Below, one piece after another: positions 31,501 to 44,796 of a DNA stretch of 62,945 nucleotides (positions are counted from its first letter, which is position 1; every line of letters starts with the position of its first letter). The stretch is taken from contig NIVC01004046.1 in NCBI GenBank assembly GCA_002269645.1, positions 1-62,945 on the forward strand, read 5' to 3'. The translations under genes were made by a program, and so were the position numbers. The stretch comes from Macrostomum lignano (lineage: Eukaryota). Under the pieces are notes generated by a model. That model was not told the origin of the DNA. It made no database searches and saw only the letters and a list, made by a program, of their open reading frames with translations.

Positions 31501-34500
31501 TGTTCTCTGGAATACCAGAAGCGCGGTGAGTTCAGTTGATCAGAAATAACTTATTCATTACACTTTGCTTTCTGCTGAGTTCAAGCCTCACTGATGTTTC
31601 TACCTTGCTCTAGCATGCTCCCTTCCAGTAAATACTTTTCTGGTTTGATTTTCATTTCACTGAAGGACTTCCACATGTGCACTTTCTACTGTGGCTGGCC
31701 AGCGGACACCGAGTAACTCCAGATCGGTACGACGCGCTTGTGTCTGCGGAGATCCCAGACCCACAGCTTGAGCCGGTGCTGCATGAGCTGGTCAAGACGC
31801 ACCTCATCCACGGACCATGTGGGGCGGATAACCCAGCCTGTCCCTGCATGGAGAAGGGGAAGTGTACCAAAGGCTTCCCGAAGGACTTCCAGTCGGTGAC
31901 GATGTCTAGCGAAACCGGTTACCCGTTTTATCGGAGACTGTCACCAGAAATGGGCGGCTTCACCATCGACAAATTATGCAAGGGCCGAACCATTCGTATG
32001 GACAACAGGTGAGTAAAAAAGGGGATTTCCACATGAGTGAGCTGCCCGCCCATCTTAGCATTCTTTTATTAGCTAAGTTTTTACAATTCTGGTTCAGAAA
32101 ATTCTAGCATTGCTTCTTTCTGCTTTGCTGAAAAATTTACCATCTTGAATTTAAAGCATTCATTTAAAATTATTAACAAGCAACGAACCCGGAATTCCCT
32201 TCAAAACGCAAGGTGGGTCGTGCCATATAATCGAGAGCTGTTGCTCATGTTCAACTGCCACCTGAACGTTGAAGTTTGCGCGACGGTTCGAGCCGTGAAA
32301 TACATCATTAAATATTTACTCAAGAATGGCGACATGGCAACCTTCAAAGTTGACGCTGCTAAGAATTCAGCGAAACCCCAGGCGCCTGCAGCTGCAGCTG
32401 AAAGTCAGCGCACTGCCAATGAGAAGGTTGCCAAAGAGCCACGAGACGAAATCGATGAGTACCTGTCTGGTCGCTACATCGGGCCCATGGAGGCTGTGAA
32501 TACCATTTTGGGCTTTGAAGTTATTATCTTTTTGACTTTGTGACTTACAAACGTTCATTATAGTTATGCAGTGACAAAACTTAAGCTGTGTTTCCCGAGT
32601 GTTAACTTATTTACTTCCCAAAGCTCTTTCGCCATTTTCCACCATCTCCCAGGTGCACAACCGCTTCCCACCGGTCATTCGCCTCTGCGTACACAAGCCG
32701 GGAGAGCAGCTTGTCTACTTCAACGAGCAGACCGCAGCAGCCCAAGCGAAAGCGCCTCGAGATTCGACTCTGACAGCATTCTTTAAGTTGTGCCTCAGTG
32801 ACGCTTTTGCTCGGCGCCTGCTCTACACGGAGGTGCCGTCCTATTTCGTCTGGCACCAAAGTGAGCGCGCGTGGCGCCGAGGCAAGATGGGCGACGAAGT
32901 CGAAGGTCACCCTGGTGTGAAGCGCAGCAAGAACATCTCTCGGATGTACACGGTGAGCCCGAGGGCAGGGGACTTGTTTTACATGCGCCTGCTCCTCCTG
33001 CATGTCCGAGGGCCCACCAGCTTCGAGTCGCTGCACACGGTGGATGGAGTGCTGCACACGGATGCCAAATCTGCCTGCATGGCACTCGGTCTGCTGCATC
33101 GTGACGACCATTGGCAACGATGTCTGGCTGAGGCTGTCCAATCTCGCATGCCAAGAGCCCTCAGGCACCTACTCGCTGTCATTCTGATCTGGGGAGAGCC
33201 GGATAGCGGACTGGACCTGTGGAACGCATTCGCAGAGGACCTTGGCGAAGATCTACGCTACCACAACCCACATCTAAGTACAGAAGAGGTCACCGACATG
33301 ACGTTGCGCGAGCTGCAAAGCCTGCTGACCTCTATGGGCGGTCGCAGCTTGCGAGAGTACGGGCTGCCAGCCGCCTCTGCCATGCCTTTAGTAGGGCCTA
33401 TGCAGTTCAACACGGACGAGCAGGCTGAGATAGCGAGGACGCGCCTGCCAACGCTGACCGACGAACAGAGGGCCGTGAACGAGGCAGTGACTGCCGATCT
33501 GACTGCCGGCTCTGGCGGACTGCATTTTCTGGACGCTCCAGCTGGCTCAGGGAAGACCTATTTGCTAGAGGTTTTGCTGGCGTTTGTAAGAAGCCGCGGA
33601 GAAGTCGCCCTGGCCGTAGCGTCATCTGGCATTGCAGCCACTTTACTACCAGGTGGACAGACGGCGCATTCCACGTGAGTTTTAAACTTCATGGTTTTTA
33701 ATTTTGCTACATTTAACTTTCTGCATGTATTGGTGCATAGTACATGTAATCTATCTATATAACGGCATGATTCGAGGTTTTGATTTTTCTTTAAAATTAA
33801 TTCAAAGAAAGAAATATAAAAATTGTATGTAATTTTTTTCAGCTTCACAATCTGCCGAAACAATCTCAGAAAATTGATTGCTTACATTCAAGAAAAAATT
33901 CTGATGGCCTGTGCACAATTTCATTCTCTCCAGTTTCAAGATCCCAGTTCGACTCGTTCGCTCGGAGAAGGACGTCTGCTCGATTAGCTCGCAGTCAAAG
34001 CAAGCAGCGGTGTTGCGGACGGTTCGGCTCATCGTCTGGGATGAGATTTCAATGGCCAACCGGAAGGACCTGGAGACTGTCGAACGAAGTCTGCGAGACG
34101 TACGAAGGCAAGATCGCCCTTTCGGTGGAGCTGTGATTGTGTGCTCCGGAGACTTTCGACAACTGCTGCCTGTCGTGAAAAGCGGAACGCGAGCCAACAC
34201 CGTGTTTGCGTGCGTCAGCCGATCCAAGTTTTGGCCATTGTTTCAGCGGCACCGCCTGAGGACCAACATTCGGCTGCTGAGGAGTTCCGATGCGGCACTG
34301 TATGAGCGCTACTCGAGACTTCTGATTCAGGTGGGATGTACACTGTACTTTTTATACCGTACTTTTGATTGCTGTAGGTTGTTTATTTTCTACCTGGCTT
34401 TTCTGATAATAGATTACGTAACCAGTGATTTTTGATATCTAAAACCAACTGTTATTTATGATTATACTTATCAAGTCTTTATGTTGGAAACGTAATTTTG

Positions 34501-35294
34501 CTTTCTCTTTTATCCGTTTTTCGTTCACAGATCGGTTCTGGTTTGGTCCCAGAAGATTCGGACGGAAACATTTCGCTGCCTGCCAAGATCTTGTTGCCAG
34601 CAGAGGCCAGCCTGACGGACCTTATCAAATTCGTTTATCCGTCATTTGAGGCCTCGGCGGAGAGAGAGGTCTACTTGCAAATAGAGCCATCCTGGCACCC
34701 TACAATGACTCCGTCAATGCCATCAATGAGCACTGCCTGGCCATGTTCCCTGGGACACAGCGCGAGTACCGATCAGTGGACAGCGTTGCAGACGAGGATT
34801 CGGCAACTCACTTCCCGCCCGAGTTGCTGAACCAGCTCGATGCGCCAAATTTTCCAACGCACCTGCTGAGACTCAAAGTTGGCATGCCAATTGTGCTCCT
34901 GCGCAACCTCAACCCACCGCGGCTTTGCAACGGCACCCGACTCATTATCCTAGCGCTGGGCGAGAACGTGCTGCGCTGCAAAGTGGCTGCCGGCCAGTTC
35001 ACCGGCGATGAGATCCTGCTGCCGCGGATCCCTCTGGTGCCGAACAACGCGGACCTGCCCGTAGCATTCAAACGGCTGCAGTTTCCGGTGAAGCCAAGCT
35101 TTTGCCTGACTATCCACAAGTCCCAGGGGCAGAGCTTGGAGACTGTCGGCATTGACCTGACTGTGGGATGCTTTGCTCACGGACAGCTCTACACTGCTCT
35201 GTCTCGAGCCAAGAATGCAGCGAATATCCGGGTCAGGATGCCGGGAACCACGACAAAGAACGTCGTTTATCCAGAGATTCTCACACGAGATTAG
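28560..35294 (+). pseudogene. Spliced Helitron RepHel gene: charged repeats + OTU-like protease + Zn-finger-like + HUH Rep + PIF1 helicase, with at least 3 frame lesions
   Basis: Approximate exons: 28560-28969, 29250-29867 (GDGNCFFHA...NEHY), 30196-31526, 31667-32008, 32211-32518, 32652-33674, 33934-34331, 34531-35294. Motifs: FVTATCNPKWPEI, EYQKR|GLPHVH, DAPAGSGKT, IVWDEISM, GDFRQLLPV, TIHKSQGQSL, GQLYTALSR. Frame breaks lie near 30390, 30660-30780 and 34680. Confidence 0.93.
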
Positions 35295-36399
35295 CGCTGA
35301 TTATGCATGACTTATAAGTATGTCTTTTTAGTTCTATTAAATTAAAGTCTTATAGTGAAATGAAAAACTCAAAGTTTAGACAATAAATTAAGCATAGAGG
35401 ATTTACACGCCTAAAGCAAAAGAATGTAGCCATCACGTGCTAGCACAAAGCTGACAGAAGGCCAGAAAAAAGTCAATTTCAATTTGTGAACTGGTTTTGA
35501 ACAACGGTTTCTGTTCTGTCGATTTCACAACCTTAAATTTCACAACCTCAAAATCAGTTTTTCATTTCACTGTTACGATATGTATCATGATTTACTTACA
35601 GCCTTTGATATGTATGCTTGCTACTATTATACTCTTACCGTAAATCTGTATAGTATGCAGGGAATTTGTAAGCTATTCCATATTCATAAAGTATAAACTT
35701 ATTTTTAAATAGCTTATATTTAAGGCAATACCTTTATTAAATCCCCAAGATGCTTAATACCAGTACAACCGCAGTTATTGAGCAGTTATTAATTTCAATT
35801 AGTTTCAATAATGCTGGTGCCCACCATCACAGCTTTTCACCTCCCATCGCAGTAAATGTGCACCAGCAATATATGAAGAAAAATCCTACTATAATGCTAT
35901 ATTCCGCGAAAAAAATCTGGCAATTCTTTCATCAATATCTGATTCTGTAGAATACTAACTAGCTTATTCATACTTATTTTTACTCTGGAGACTGTATTTT
36001 ACCTGCTACTATGAGTACTTTATACGCATTTAGTTTATGTATTGATGTACAAGTATTCTACGAGACTCCAGCTCGTGGCGGGACTTTCCACTATGGCTAA
36101 ATTTATAATATAGTAAAGTGCACGTTACATTCGCACTGAAGCCATGAAAAGAGTTAAACTGAAGTGGAAAGTCCTGAATGATGTCTTCCGTCTTTCTCAT
36201 TTCAATAGCACCACTTATTTTAAGAGTGCAGTATCGATTCAATGTAACTGTCCTGTTTATCAAGACAAAGTGGAAAGCCTTTGGGCTGAGTAGGAGAGTC
36301 TTTAAATAAGTTGGAAATTATTGACTCACAGAGTTTCTGAACTAAGATACTTTATACTGACTGATCTATTGCTTAACTACACATTGCTAACAGAGAGTT

Positions 36400-36860
36400 G
36401 CGTTGATGGGGGAATACTATTGATATGGGAATGCTGTTCATGGGGCAATGCTGCTGGTGGGGGAATGCTTTGGATTCTTTGGATTGGGATTATTTGGACG
36501 GGGGTTTGGACGGGGGTCAATTATTTTTTGATGGGGGATTATTTGGATGGGGATTATTTTTGGAGGAGGGATTCTCTTTGGATATGGATGGAATGAGGGA
36601 TTGGGGGATTTTTTGGATAGGGATGAATGGGGGATTCTTCGGATAGGGATGGATTGGGGGATTCTTTGGATGGGGATTCTCTGGATGAGGAATTTTTTGG
36701 ATTGAGATTCTTTGAAATGAAGCTTCTGTGTATGCGGGATTCCTGGTATATGGGATTCATTGGATGGGGAATTCTCCGGATCGGGATTCTATCGATGAGG
36801 GGTTCTTTGGATGGGGGATTCTTTGCATGTGAGATTCTTTGCATCGGGGATTTTATGGAT
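36400..36860. repeat. GGAT/GGGATT-rich degenerate repeat in the Helitron 3' region
   Basis: Low-complexity tandem motifs are visible. Confidence 0.75.
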
Positions 36861-37329
36861 GGGGAAAACTGTGGTTGGAGTTTGGACGGAAAGCCCCAAC
36901 GGGGGTTGGAATTGGCTAGTCCATATACTAAAAATGGTCTGTCGGAATCTATCTATCTATTTAGGTATGCGATCGATTTTAGCAAAAGCGGCTGAACTTA
37001 TTTTCTTAAAACTTGCACTGTTCGATCAGAAATTTTTCTGTGACGGTACATGCAACGTGGCTAAGAAATTGCTCGATGCTAAAGGGATTAAATATTCGAA
37101 AAAAATACTTTTTTGCAAAGTTCAAGCAGCTCTTTCAACTTAAAATGCATTGTAAGAATGCTAGAGAAAAAACTGACTGGTTGAATTCTGATTCTGAAAT
37201 AGATTGCATCACAATAGGCATCGTCTGTGAATACTGGCTGAATTTTGACACTGAATTGAATTGCGTCACAGTATTTATAAAAACGCAGTGTGGAAGAATA
37301 GCACCATACTTGATTTATATTAACCGAAA

Positions 37330-37700
37330 ATAAAAGGAATATTGCACTTGATAAACCTAGGATTATTGCACGTTATAAGCCAAAGATTATTGCATTTGAT
37401 ACACCAAGGATTATTGAACTTGATAAGCCAAAGATTACACTGCGATTGATTAAACCAAGGATTATTGTACTTGATAAGCCAATGATTATTGCACTTGATA
37501 AACCAGGGATTATTGCACTTGATAAAGAAAGGATTATTGCACTTGATAAGCCAAGGACTATTGCACTTGATAAGCCAATTAGGACTATTGCACTTGATAA
37601 GCCAAGGATTATCGCACTTTGATAATAAGGAAAATTGCACTTGATAAGCCAATGATTATTGCACTTGATATGCCAAGGATTATTGCACTAGATTAGAAAG
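37330..37700. repeat. ~24-bp minisatellite (GGATTATTGCACTTGATAAGCCAA)n
   Basis: Tandem copies are visible. Confidence 0.9.
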
Positions 37701-37894
37701 GGCTATTGCACTAGCTGAGACATCGATTTTTGGACTTGATGAGTAAAAGATTATTGCACTAGCTGAGAAGCTGATTATTGCGCTGTCTAAAAAAGAGATT
37801 ATTGCGCTCGCTGAGACGTGGATTGTTGCACAACGTGAGAAAGCGATTATTGCATTAGCGGAGGTAACATTTGCACTAGCTACTTGCTGTCTCG

Positions 37895-38680
37895 TGGATG
37901 CTTGCTATCTGGAGGATGCTTGCTCTCGAGGGGGGATACTTGCTATTTGGGAGGGGGTGGAGGGTACTGCATGGCTACATGTATGGGATTCTTTCTATCC
38001 AGGGATGCAATTGCTATTTAGGGATTTTTAATTGCTATCTGCAGGATGCTTGCTATCTGGGTGGATGCTTCTATAATATCTGGAGGTGCTTGCTATCGGC
38101 AGGATGCTTCTATAATATCTGGAGGGTGCTTGCTATCTGCAGGATGCTTCTATAATATCTGGGGGGGGGGGTGCTTGCTATCTGCAGGATGCTTCTATAA
38201 TATCTGGGGGGGGGGGGGCTTTCTATCTGAGTGTGGATGCTTCTTTCTGGGGGATGCTTGCTATCTGCAGGATGCTTGCGATCTGGGTGGATGCTTCTAT
38301 ATTATCTGGTGGGTGCTTGCTATCTGGGTGGATGCTTCTATCTGGGGGATGCTTGCTATCTGCAGGATGCTTGCTATCTGGGTGGATACTTCTACAATAT
38401 TTGGGGGATGCTAATTGCTATCTGCAGGATGCTTGCTATCTGGGTGCAGATGCTTGCTATCTGGGGGATGCTTGCTGTCTGCAGATGCTTGCTATCTGGG
38501 GTGATCTGCTTGCCATCTAGGGTGATGCTTGCTATCTAGGGTGATGCTTGCTATCTGGGGGATGCTTGCTATCTGCAGATGCTTGCTATCTGGGGTGATG
38601 CTTGCTATGAGCATTAGGGGATGCTTGCTATCTGCGCTAGTTGCTTACTTTTGGGGGGGGTGCTTGCTATCTGGGGGGAT
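37895..38680. repeat. 19-bp-family minisatellite (GGATGCTTGCTATCTGGGT)n
   Basis: Reverse complement of the unit at 594-900. Confidence 0.92.
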
Positions 38681-40476
38681 GCTTAATTGCTGTCTTGGGA
38701 ATATTTTCCATTTAGAGGGAGCTATATTTTGTTGTCTGTTTGTTAATTTTAGAGAAAAAGTGATTCATAACAAACACCTTTGTCCATGACAATTTTACAC
38801 GAATCAGGTGATTTTTAAAAGTGAAGAAGGAATTGGTTCTTAAGAAAATTAAATATGCTTTTTTAATTGTTTTCCATGAACAATTTTTGCTCCTTGCTTA
38901 TTGGGCGCCCCGAAGGGGGGCCGCACTAGATTGCTAGTTTCTTCTAAAGTCGAATTCATGCAGTTTAACTAATAGAGGTCGAAAATTCGACGTCGATTCG
39001 AGTTACCACGACAGTTTTAACAAAATAAATATCCCATTTAAATAAGCACTCATCTGTAAAATTTTGTTTATCTTTGGGCCTGGTTTCTTTTTATTTTTAG
39101 TCATGAAACGTTCTTAGTTAGGTTATTTTGCAGCACACGATAATTAATGGAGCAGGTTTAAATTAATGACGTGAAATTTGCAGTTTTAGTGGCCTGGGCA
39201 AAAAAGCACCAATATAGTTAGAAAGTTTGCTTAAAATTTGCAATTTTGAAGTCTAAGATACAGTTCTGGATCAGTAATCCATTCAAAATATCATTCGCAG
39301 CATGTCAGCAAATTAATTTTGTCTTGTTGACAGTTTTTTTCACCAAGTCAGCTATGTAATTGTCAATTAACTTGCCAGTAGGCATATGCTCTATAGACTT
39401 TTTTCTAAACTTTTGGTTATTGCATGGGGTTGTTAGTCATAGCATCAATATATGGGGTCGTTCTGATCAGCAGCCATTATTATATTAAGTATAATTATTT
39501 TTTACGATCATATATTGTCATACTAGGAAGAATTACTTGTATTAGCATTTGCAACTATCACCATTTGCTTGTTGTCCCATTAACAACATCACCTTGTAAA
39601 ATATCAAATCTAACATTTTGTTTGATACGTAGAGCCAATAGGCTTTTGGCCCATATGTGGAACATCCTTGCTTTGGCTATTAAAAAAATTACTTTTTCAT
39701 TGCTACAGGTTTTTATTGCTTTCCTTGTTATGTCATGAAATCATCAATTATGTTATGATAATATTTATGCCTTATGTATGGTGATGCTAAAAAACATTTT
39801 GGCTTATTTTTATCCATTATATAATCACTATGCAAGAAAATCTCTATTAACTTATAAAATTAAAGTCTAATGATGTGAAACATAAACTTTTATTTTCTTT
39901 ACAATTAAAGAATCATATTTTTATTTTTAGGCTTCTCTTATTGTTAAACTCTTGAGATTAATTAGCCTAATTATTTCAGATCTCAGATAATTGCTATATA
40001 AATGGTGTACTATTATAAATCAATTGCTCATTTTATTACTTTTGATACAGTACTGCACTTTAATGGCTTGCAATAATAGTAATTATTTTACTCATAGTAA
40101 TATGTCCCACTTAAACCATAAGCTATACGAGTATTATCAATTCTAAACTTTTGCTATAAATTTTTGATCGTTGTTACTGAACAATACAAAATACATATTT
40201 GAATTGGTCAGGGTTAAGTTGAGCATTTTAAAATACGAAGGGAATTTCAAATAGTTTGGAATAAATACTCAATATTTTCATTTCATATAGGTCTAATGTA
40301 TATTTACAACTTTCTACATCTTCCGCACTATTGCTACATTCCTTGATCTATACAAAATGCATTCTATAATTTATCCTTTCAGAGTAAAATGATGGCCTCA
40401 CGAAATATCAACGAGAAACTTCACAAGACACTGCTGAGCTTCATTAATTTTGAAGGGGCTTCTGATGCTCATGAAT

Positions 40477-40862
40477 TTACAGGGCGCGTCTCAGAGCCAG
40501 GTCACGAACGAACGCCACGCCGCCGGCCGAATCCGGGGCGCCGGCGTCAGCCGCAGCAGCCAGTCGACGAAACGCCGAGTGCGCGCCTGCCTTCGCCATG
40601 GTAGGGGGTGCCTGCAGCGTTAGCAGCAGCACCTGCACAGGCTGTGGGCAGTACGACTCGGCGCAGATGATGTGGCCAGCAAGCTGGATCGTCGCGGACG
40701 GCGCAACAGGTCGCTTGGACGGACTAGGCCGGCGTGGTGATACAAAGCTGCGTTGGTCACCCGCTCGTGGCCGATTTTGAAAGCGGCGCGCAGCAGGCCA
40801 GCGTGCGCCGCGTCAACTTTTTGCTCGAGCCAATCCGTCAGCGTCCAGGTCTCGTCATTTCA
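40477..40862 (-). mobile_element. 5'-truncated, frameshifted non-LTR retrotransposon (RTE-like) ORF2 C-terminal fragment
   Basis: Minus strand reads ETWTLTDWLEQKVDAAHAGLLRAAFKIGHERVTNAALY...PSDLLRR / QLAGHII...RDLALRRAL*. This is the typical post-RT tail of RTE-type LINEs. Confidence 0.75.
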
Positions 40863-41959
40863 CAACAGGACAGCATCATTTTTTTGCTGTTTAAGTACGA
40901 GCTCAAAGACGCAGATTATTTAAGTTCATTTTTTATAAGTTTGGGTTGTTCGTAGTTTTGTTTTTCTCTAATTTCATTGTATTACGTGTTTTTGACTCGT
41001 CTTTTTGTTGGCTTATCTACCATGGCTTCTCTTTTTAGTTTATTGATATAAATAAAACTATTTTCCAGCTTCTAGTCTTGCATTTTATGCGGTAATTTTT
41101 TTCTGCTTTATGCCACGCATTCAAAAGATATATTAGATGATGTCACCCTCAGTGTTGAATATTTAATTTAGTTATTTCTTTACATAATTTGGCCCGCCTT
41201 TAGGGCTAGATTGAAGGGCAAATATAAAAAAGTATCCCAAATTTCAGGCAGAAAAATTCGACTTCGAATCGACGTCGATTTTTACACCGGGTTGTTCAAC
41301 TAGCATTGCATGCCAATTAGTATATTAGTCCACATACATGTAAATACGTTCAGCTTGGCAGTGAGCATTGGTTCGGAAGTCCATCTTTACTAAGAGTACT
41401 TCAGTCATGTTATTTTTATTCTTTAATGTTTCAATATTTAGTATAACTGATAACTGATATACAGTAATGTAACTGAAAATCGTTACAAGTCTCGATCAAG
41501 GACGACTAAAGTAACGTATATATCTACTTAAGTAGTCCTTGGTCTCAAGCTGGACATACTGTACAATGTATTTTAAGTTTGCGTGCTTAAATATTGATCG
41601 AGGCTCGCTCGAGGTTTACCTTTGGTGACCACATTGTAATTATTGTACTTAATTTAATACATCTTGAAAACAATAAAAAGTAATGACGCTGCAGTAGTGA
41701 CAAAATACAAGAATTATTTTGTAAGTGTACATGTACATGTAATGATGTACACTGTACATTGTACATAATGTACATGTACACGCGTGCAGCTGGCTATAGT
41801 GCATATTCGCGTTGTTGGTCCGAAATAAATAGATCATGTAAGGACGACTGCAAGGACTACTAAAACAATGTATGCAATCGTAGTATTTCCATTAATCTAA
41901 ATTTACACATATAAGCCTTGCTTTCTTGTACATTCTAGCCCGAGCTTGTTAAAAGTAAA

Positions 41960-44388
41960 TCAGTCATCATCACGTCGTTGGAAGATCAGTTCGTGAGGTC
42001 CTGGCGAGTGCACCACGCCTCCGCTGTAGCGTCTGATCTCGTCAAGGCGATTACTCTCGCTGTCTGGAATTCCAATCCGGAAAGCCTGCACCAGGGACAC
42101 AGCGAACAGGAACAATTCCATTCTGGCCAGGCTTTCTCCCAAGCACGAGCGCTTTCCAATGGAGAAGGGAATGATGCGCTCGGAGGGACGGAATTTTCCC
42201 GCAGAGTCGATGAACCGGTCAGGATCGAAGGTCTCCGGATCCGGAAAGTTGGTCGGATCGGAGTGCACGGCTTGGATGTTGGAGAATACTACCGTGTCCT
42301 TTAAAATCAAACAAGGATAAAAGTAGTCAACGTATGCAGACTTAACTACATGTAAGTACACTAGGTACAGATCGACTTAGGTAGACGAAAGATACCCCCT
42401 GCATGTGACATGAACTTAATCGTCCCTTAAGGTAATAAACAACTTGTGGTCCTGATTTTTTCAGTTTGATCACTAAATCGAAGAAAAGCTCCTCGTTTTA
42501 ATCATTTGAACTGAATGATTTCTGTTTAATAGCTATCCTACAATATATTAATGTAGAAGGGCTGTAAGCTCTCTGACGCAACGCTATGACGAAATCATCC
42601 CGCAACCAGAGGTGAGGCAATTCTGCCCACTCCACTTTGCCCACGCACCTTTGGAATGAAATAACCCAACAGCTCGGCATCAGCGGTGGTCCGATGCGGC
42701 ACTCCGGTCGGCACCAGAGTGTAATAGCGCTGCGCTTCGTGGATGAAAGCCTCAATCAGTGGCAGATTTGGCCGGTCACCCATCACTGGCGGCCGATCGC
42801 CGAGCTTGTCTTTCACATAACTGGCCAGCCGCTCCTGCAAGTCGGAATTCAGGGCCAGATGAAGGGCGATCCAGCGCAGACTGTTGGCGGTTGTGTCCGT
42901 GCCAGCAACGAAAAGGTCGGAAATGCTCACCTGCAGTAGTTGGAAATGGTCAATGTTTACTCAAGTAAAGTTTGCAAATGCTGATATGATGATGCTAAGA
43001 TTCTAACTGTACGCTAGTTTTTATAGTTGACTAGTTCTTCATAATATCGATACACATAGATTCTATAGTCATGAAATATTACTTATGCATCGGGCTTTTG
43101 AATGAGTGCCGCAAATCGACATGCAACAATTGACCCCACCCATGTCTAGGTTGTAACTTTTTTTGTTTTGCCACTTTCAACCCTTGGTACGATTAGCTCA
43201 GGTGCACGCTTTCACGGGGTGTACAGCGTCGCTGACTTATCGTTGAGCGTACCAGCGTACATACTTTGCCTTGGGGGTCATCCCTCATGTAGCCGCCGTT
43301 GCCCTTTAAAACTAAGGTCAGGAATTAGTCTCTAGCGTTTAATGATTTGCTAATCAGCCACCCGCGGAAGAGTACAGCACGTGAAAGTCAATCTGATGGA
43401 TATGAGTCCAGATGTGATTTCGGTAAAAAAATTTATAAGCAGAAATAATTTATCTTGAATTAAAATATATTAAAAAAATTAATTAGTCACCAACTTGAAG
43501 ATTTTTGTTGCTAAGGTGCGCCTTCGCGTCCTGCGGTGCGTCGGTCAGTCGGTGCCTTTCGGCCAAGAACGCTTCGATGTAGTCGCGCGGCTCATCCGCG
43601 GTGTTGTAGGCAGCCTCTTTTGCGTCAATCTGACCCTGACAGAAGTTGAACACCGAATTGAAGATGCCGACCATCTTCTTCGGGAAAGGCATACTCAGCA
43701 CCAGTTCTGGGGACAAGAAACGCTGAAACGCCATAGTAATCGTGAGTAACGGATGTCTGGATTCGGCCGAGGTTTGTGTAAGTTTGTTGATGAGGCTCAG
43801 CTTCTCTTCAAATGACGGATCTTCGTCGGCAACCCGGCTGCCAAACACGAGGCTGCAGATGACGTTAGATACGGCTTTGTTAAATGGAACCGATGTCGAC
43901 GTTGGCTGACCGTTAGAGCTCTCCAGTGCCGCAATCAGCTCTTGCGCCTCCCTAGCTATGGTCTCTTCAGAACCCGATTTGCCGAATCCGAAGTCGCGCA
44001 GAGCCTGCAGGCTGAATCTTCTCAGCTGCTTCCACTTCGGACCGTCACCGGCTAACAAGCCGCTGTTGCCCAGCACCTTGGTGGTGAAGATGTTCACCTG
44101 CCGGCCGGAGAAGTTGCTGGAATGCGTGAGGAAAGCCTCCCGCACGGCCTCGTAGCTGTTCAACACGCAGATTCGGCGACCATCGAGCACGAATGTGCAA
44201 ACCTGACCGTACAGTTGCGGAGTCTTGAGAATCCAACATCGCATTGGGAATTGAATCCACAGGCTGCTCCCGAAAATAGGGACGGCCGGTGGACCCGGCG
44301 GCAGGTTTGATGGCGAACGGAGCTTTTTCGCTGCAAAGTAGCCAAACAGTGCTGCCCCTACTGCAAGAGCAATCGTCATTGGTTCCAT
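41960..44388 (-). CDS. Cytochrome P450, CYP2 clan, 504 aa; exons 44388-43495, 42930-42649, 42298-41960
   Basis: TM anchor + PPGP, C-helix WKQLRRF, I-helix DLFVAGTDTT, K-helix EAQR, DPDRF, and heme motif PFSIGKRSCLG. The junctions are phase 0 and the total is 1515 nt. Confidence 0.95.
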
Positions 44389-44796
44389 GATTAGCCTGAC
44401 TTCTGGTTGCTACGGAGACAGAATATGATCTTCAGAATATTTTTGAGCTACAAATTTTTGCAAGCTCTGTTTAAATATAAAAACATTGCATGGCTAATCA
44501 TGCATTCAACGAAGAGTCCAATGTTCGTTATAGAGCGCAACAAGTCACACTGCAGAGAGAGAAGCCAACTACTGATAAGAGAGTTTTAATCACTGAACTC
44601 GAGTATGCTTTATAAACAGCAAACTTGGTTACATGTATTTTCACTTCAAGGTTAAAAAATGCTTCGACTTGAAGATTTCGAAGCCACTTATGCAACGTAT
44701 TCATGTAGTGTCGAGTGTGCCTGTCCTATTCTAGTGGGATGGCTGTCTGTAAATATATTTATAGCTACGCACTGAATTGAATTCATCTGTCTCTTA

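Larger units (their letters stand above)
24434..36919 (+). mobile_element. Helitron, ~12.5 kb, with RepHel gene
   Basis: 5' TCCTATATACTAAAAATG at 24434. 3' hairpin GCCCC-AAC-GGGG then CTAG at 36916-36919. Internal Rep/PIF1 coding exons. Confidence 0.75.
36920..38937 (+). mobile_element. Second, non-autonomous Helitron (~2.0 kb) joined head-to-tail to the first
   Basis: 5' TCCATATACTAAAAATG; the first ~400 bp are similar to 24434-24800. 3' hairpin GCGCCCC-GAA-GGGGGGCCGC then CTAG (38934-38937) followed by T. Confidence 0.75.
23518..41291. mobile_element. Non-autonomous TIR DNA transposon (CMC/EnSpm-like ends) carrying nested Helitrons and a LINE fragment
   Basis: The left end CCCGGTGTCAAATTCGACGGCGATTCGAAGTCGA matches the reverse complement of the right end at 31/34 nt. 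TT flanks both ends. A related motif sits at ~38980-39003. No DDE transposase ORF is seen. Confidence 0.65.

Noticed and set aside
40734-40955. Plus-strand ORF with QQDSIIFLLFK, superficially like the DNAAF4 CS domain
   Set aside because: Wrong strand. The real CS exons are at 23052-22930 and 21438-21288, and this ORF is antisense to a LINE fragment.
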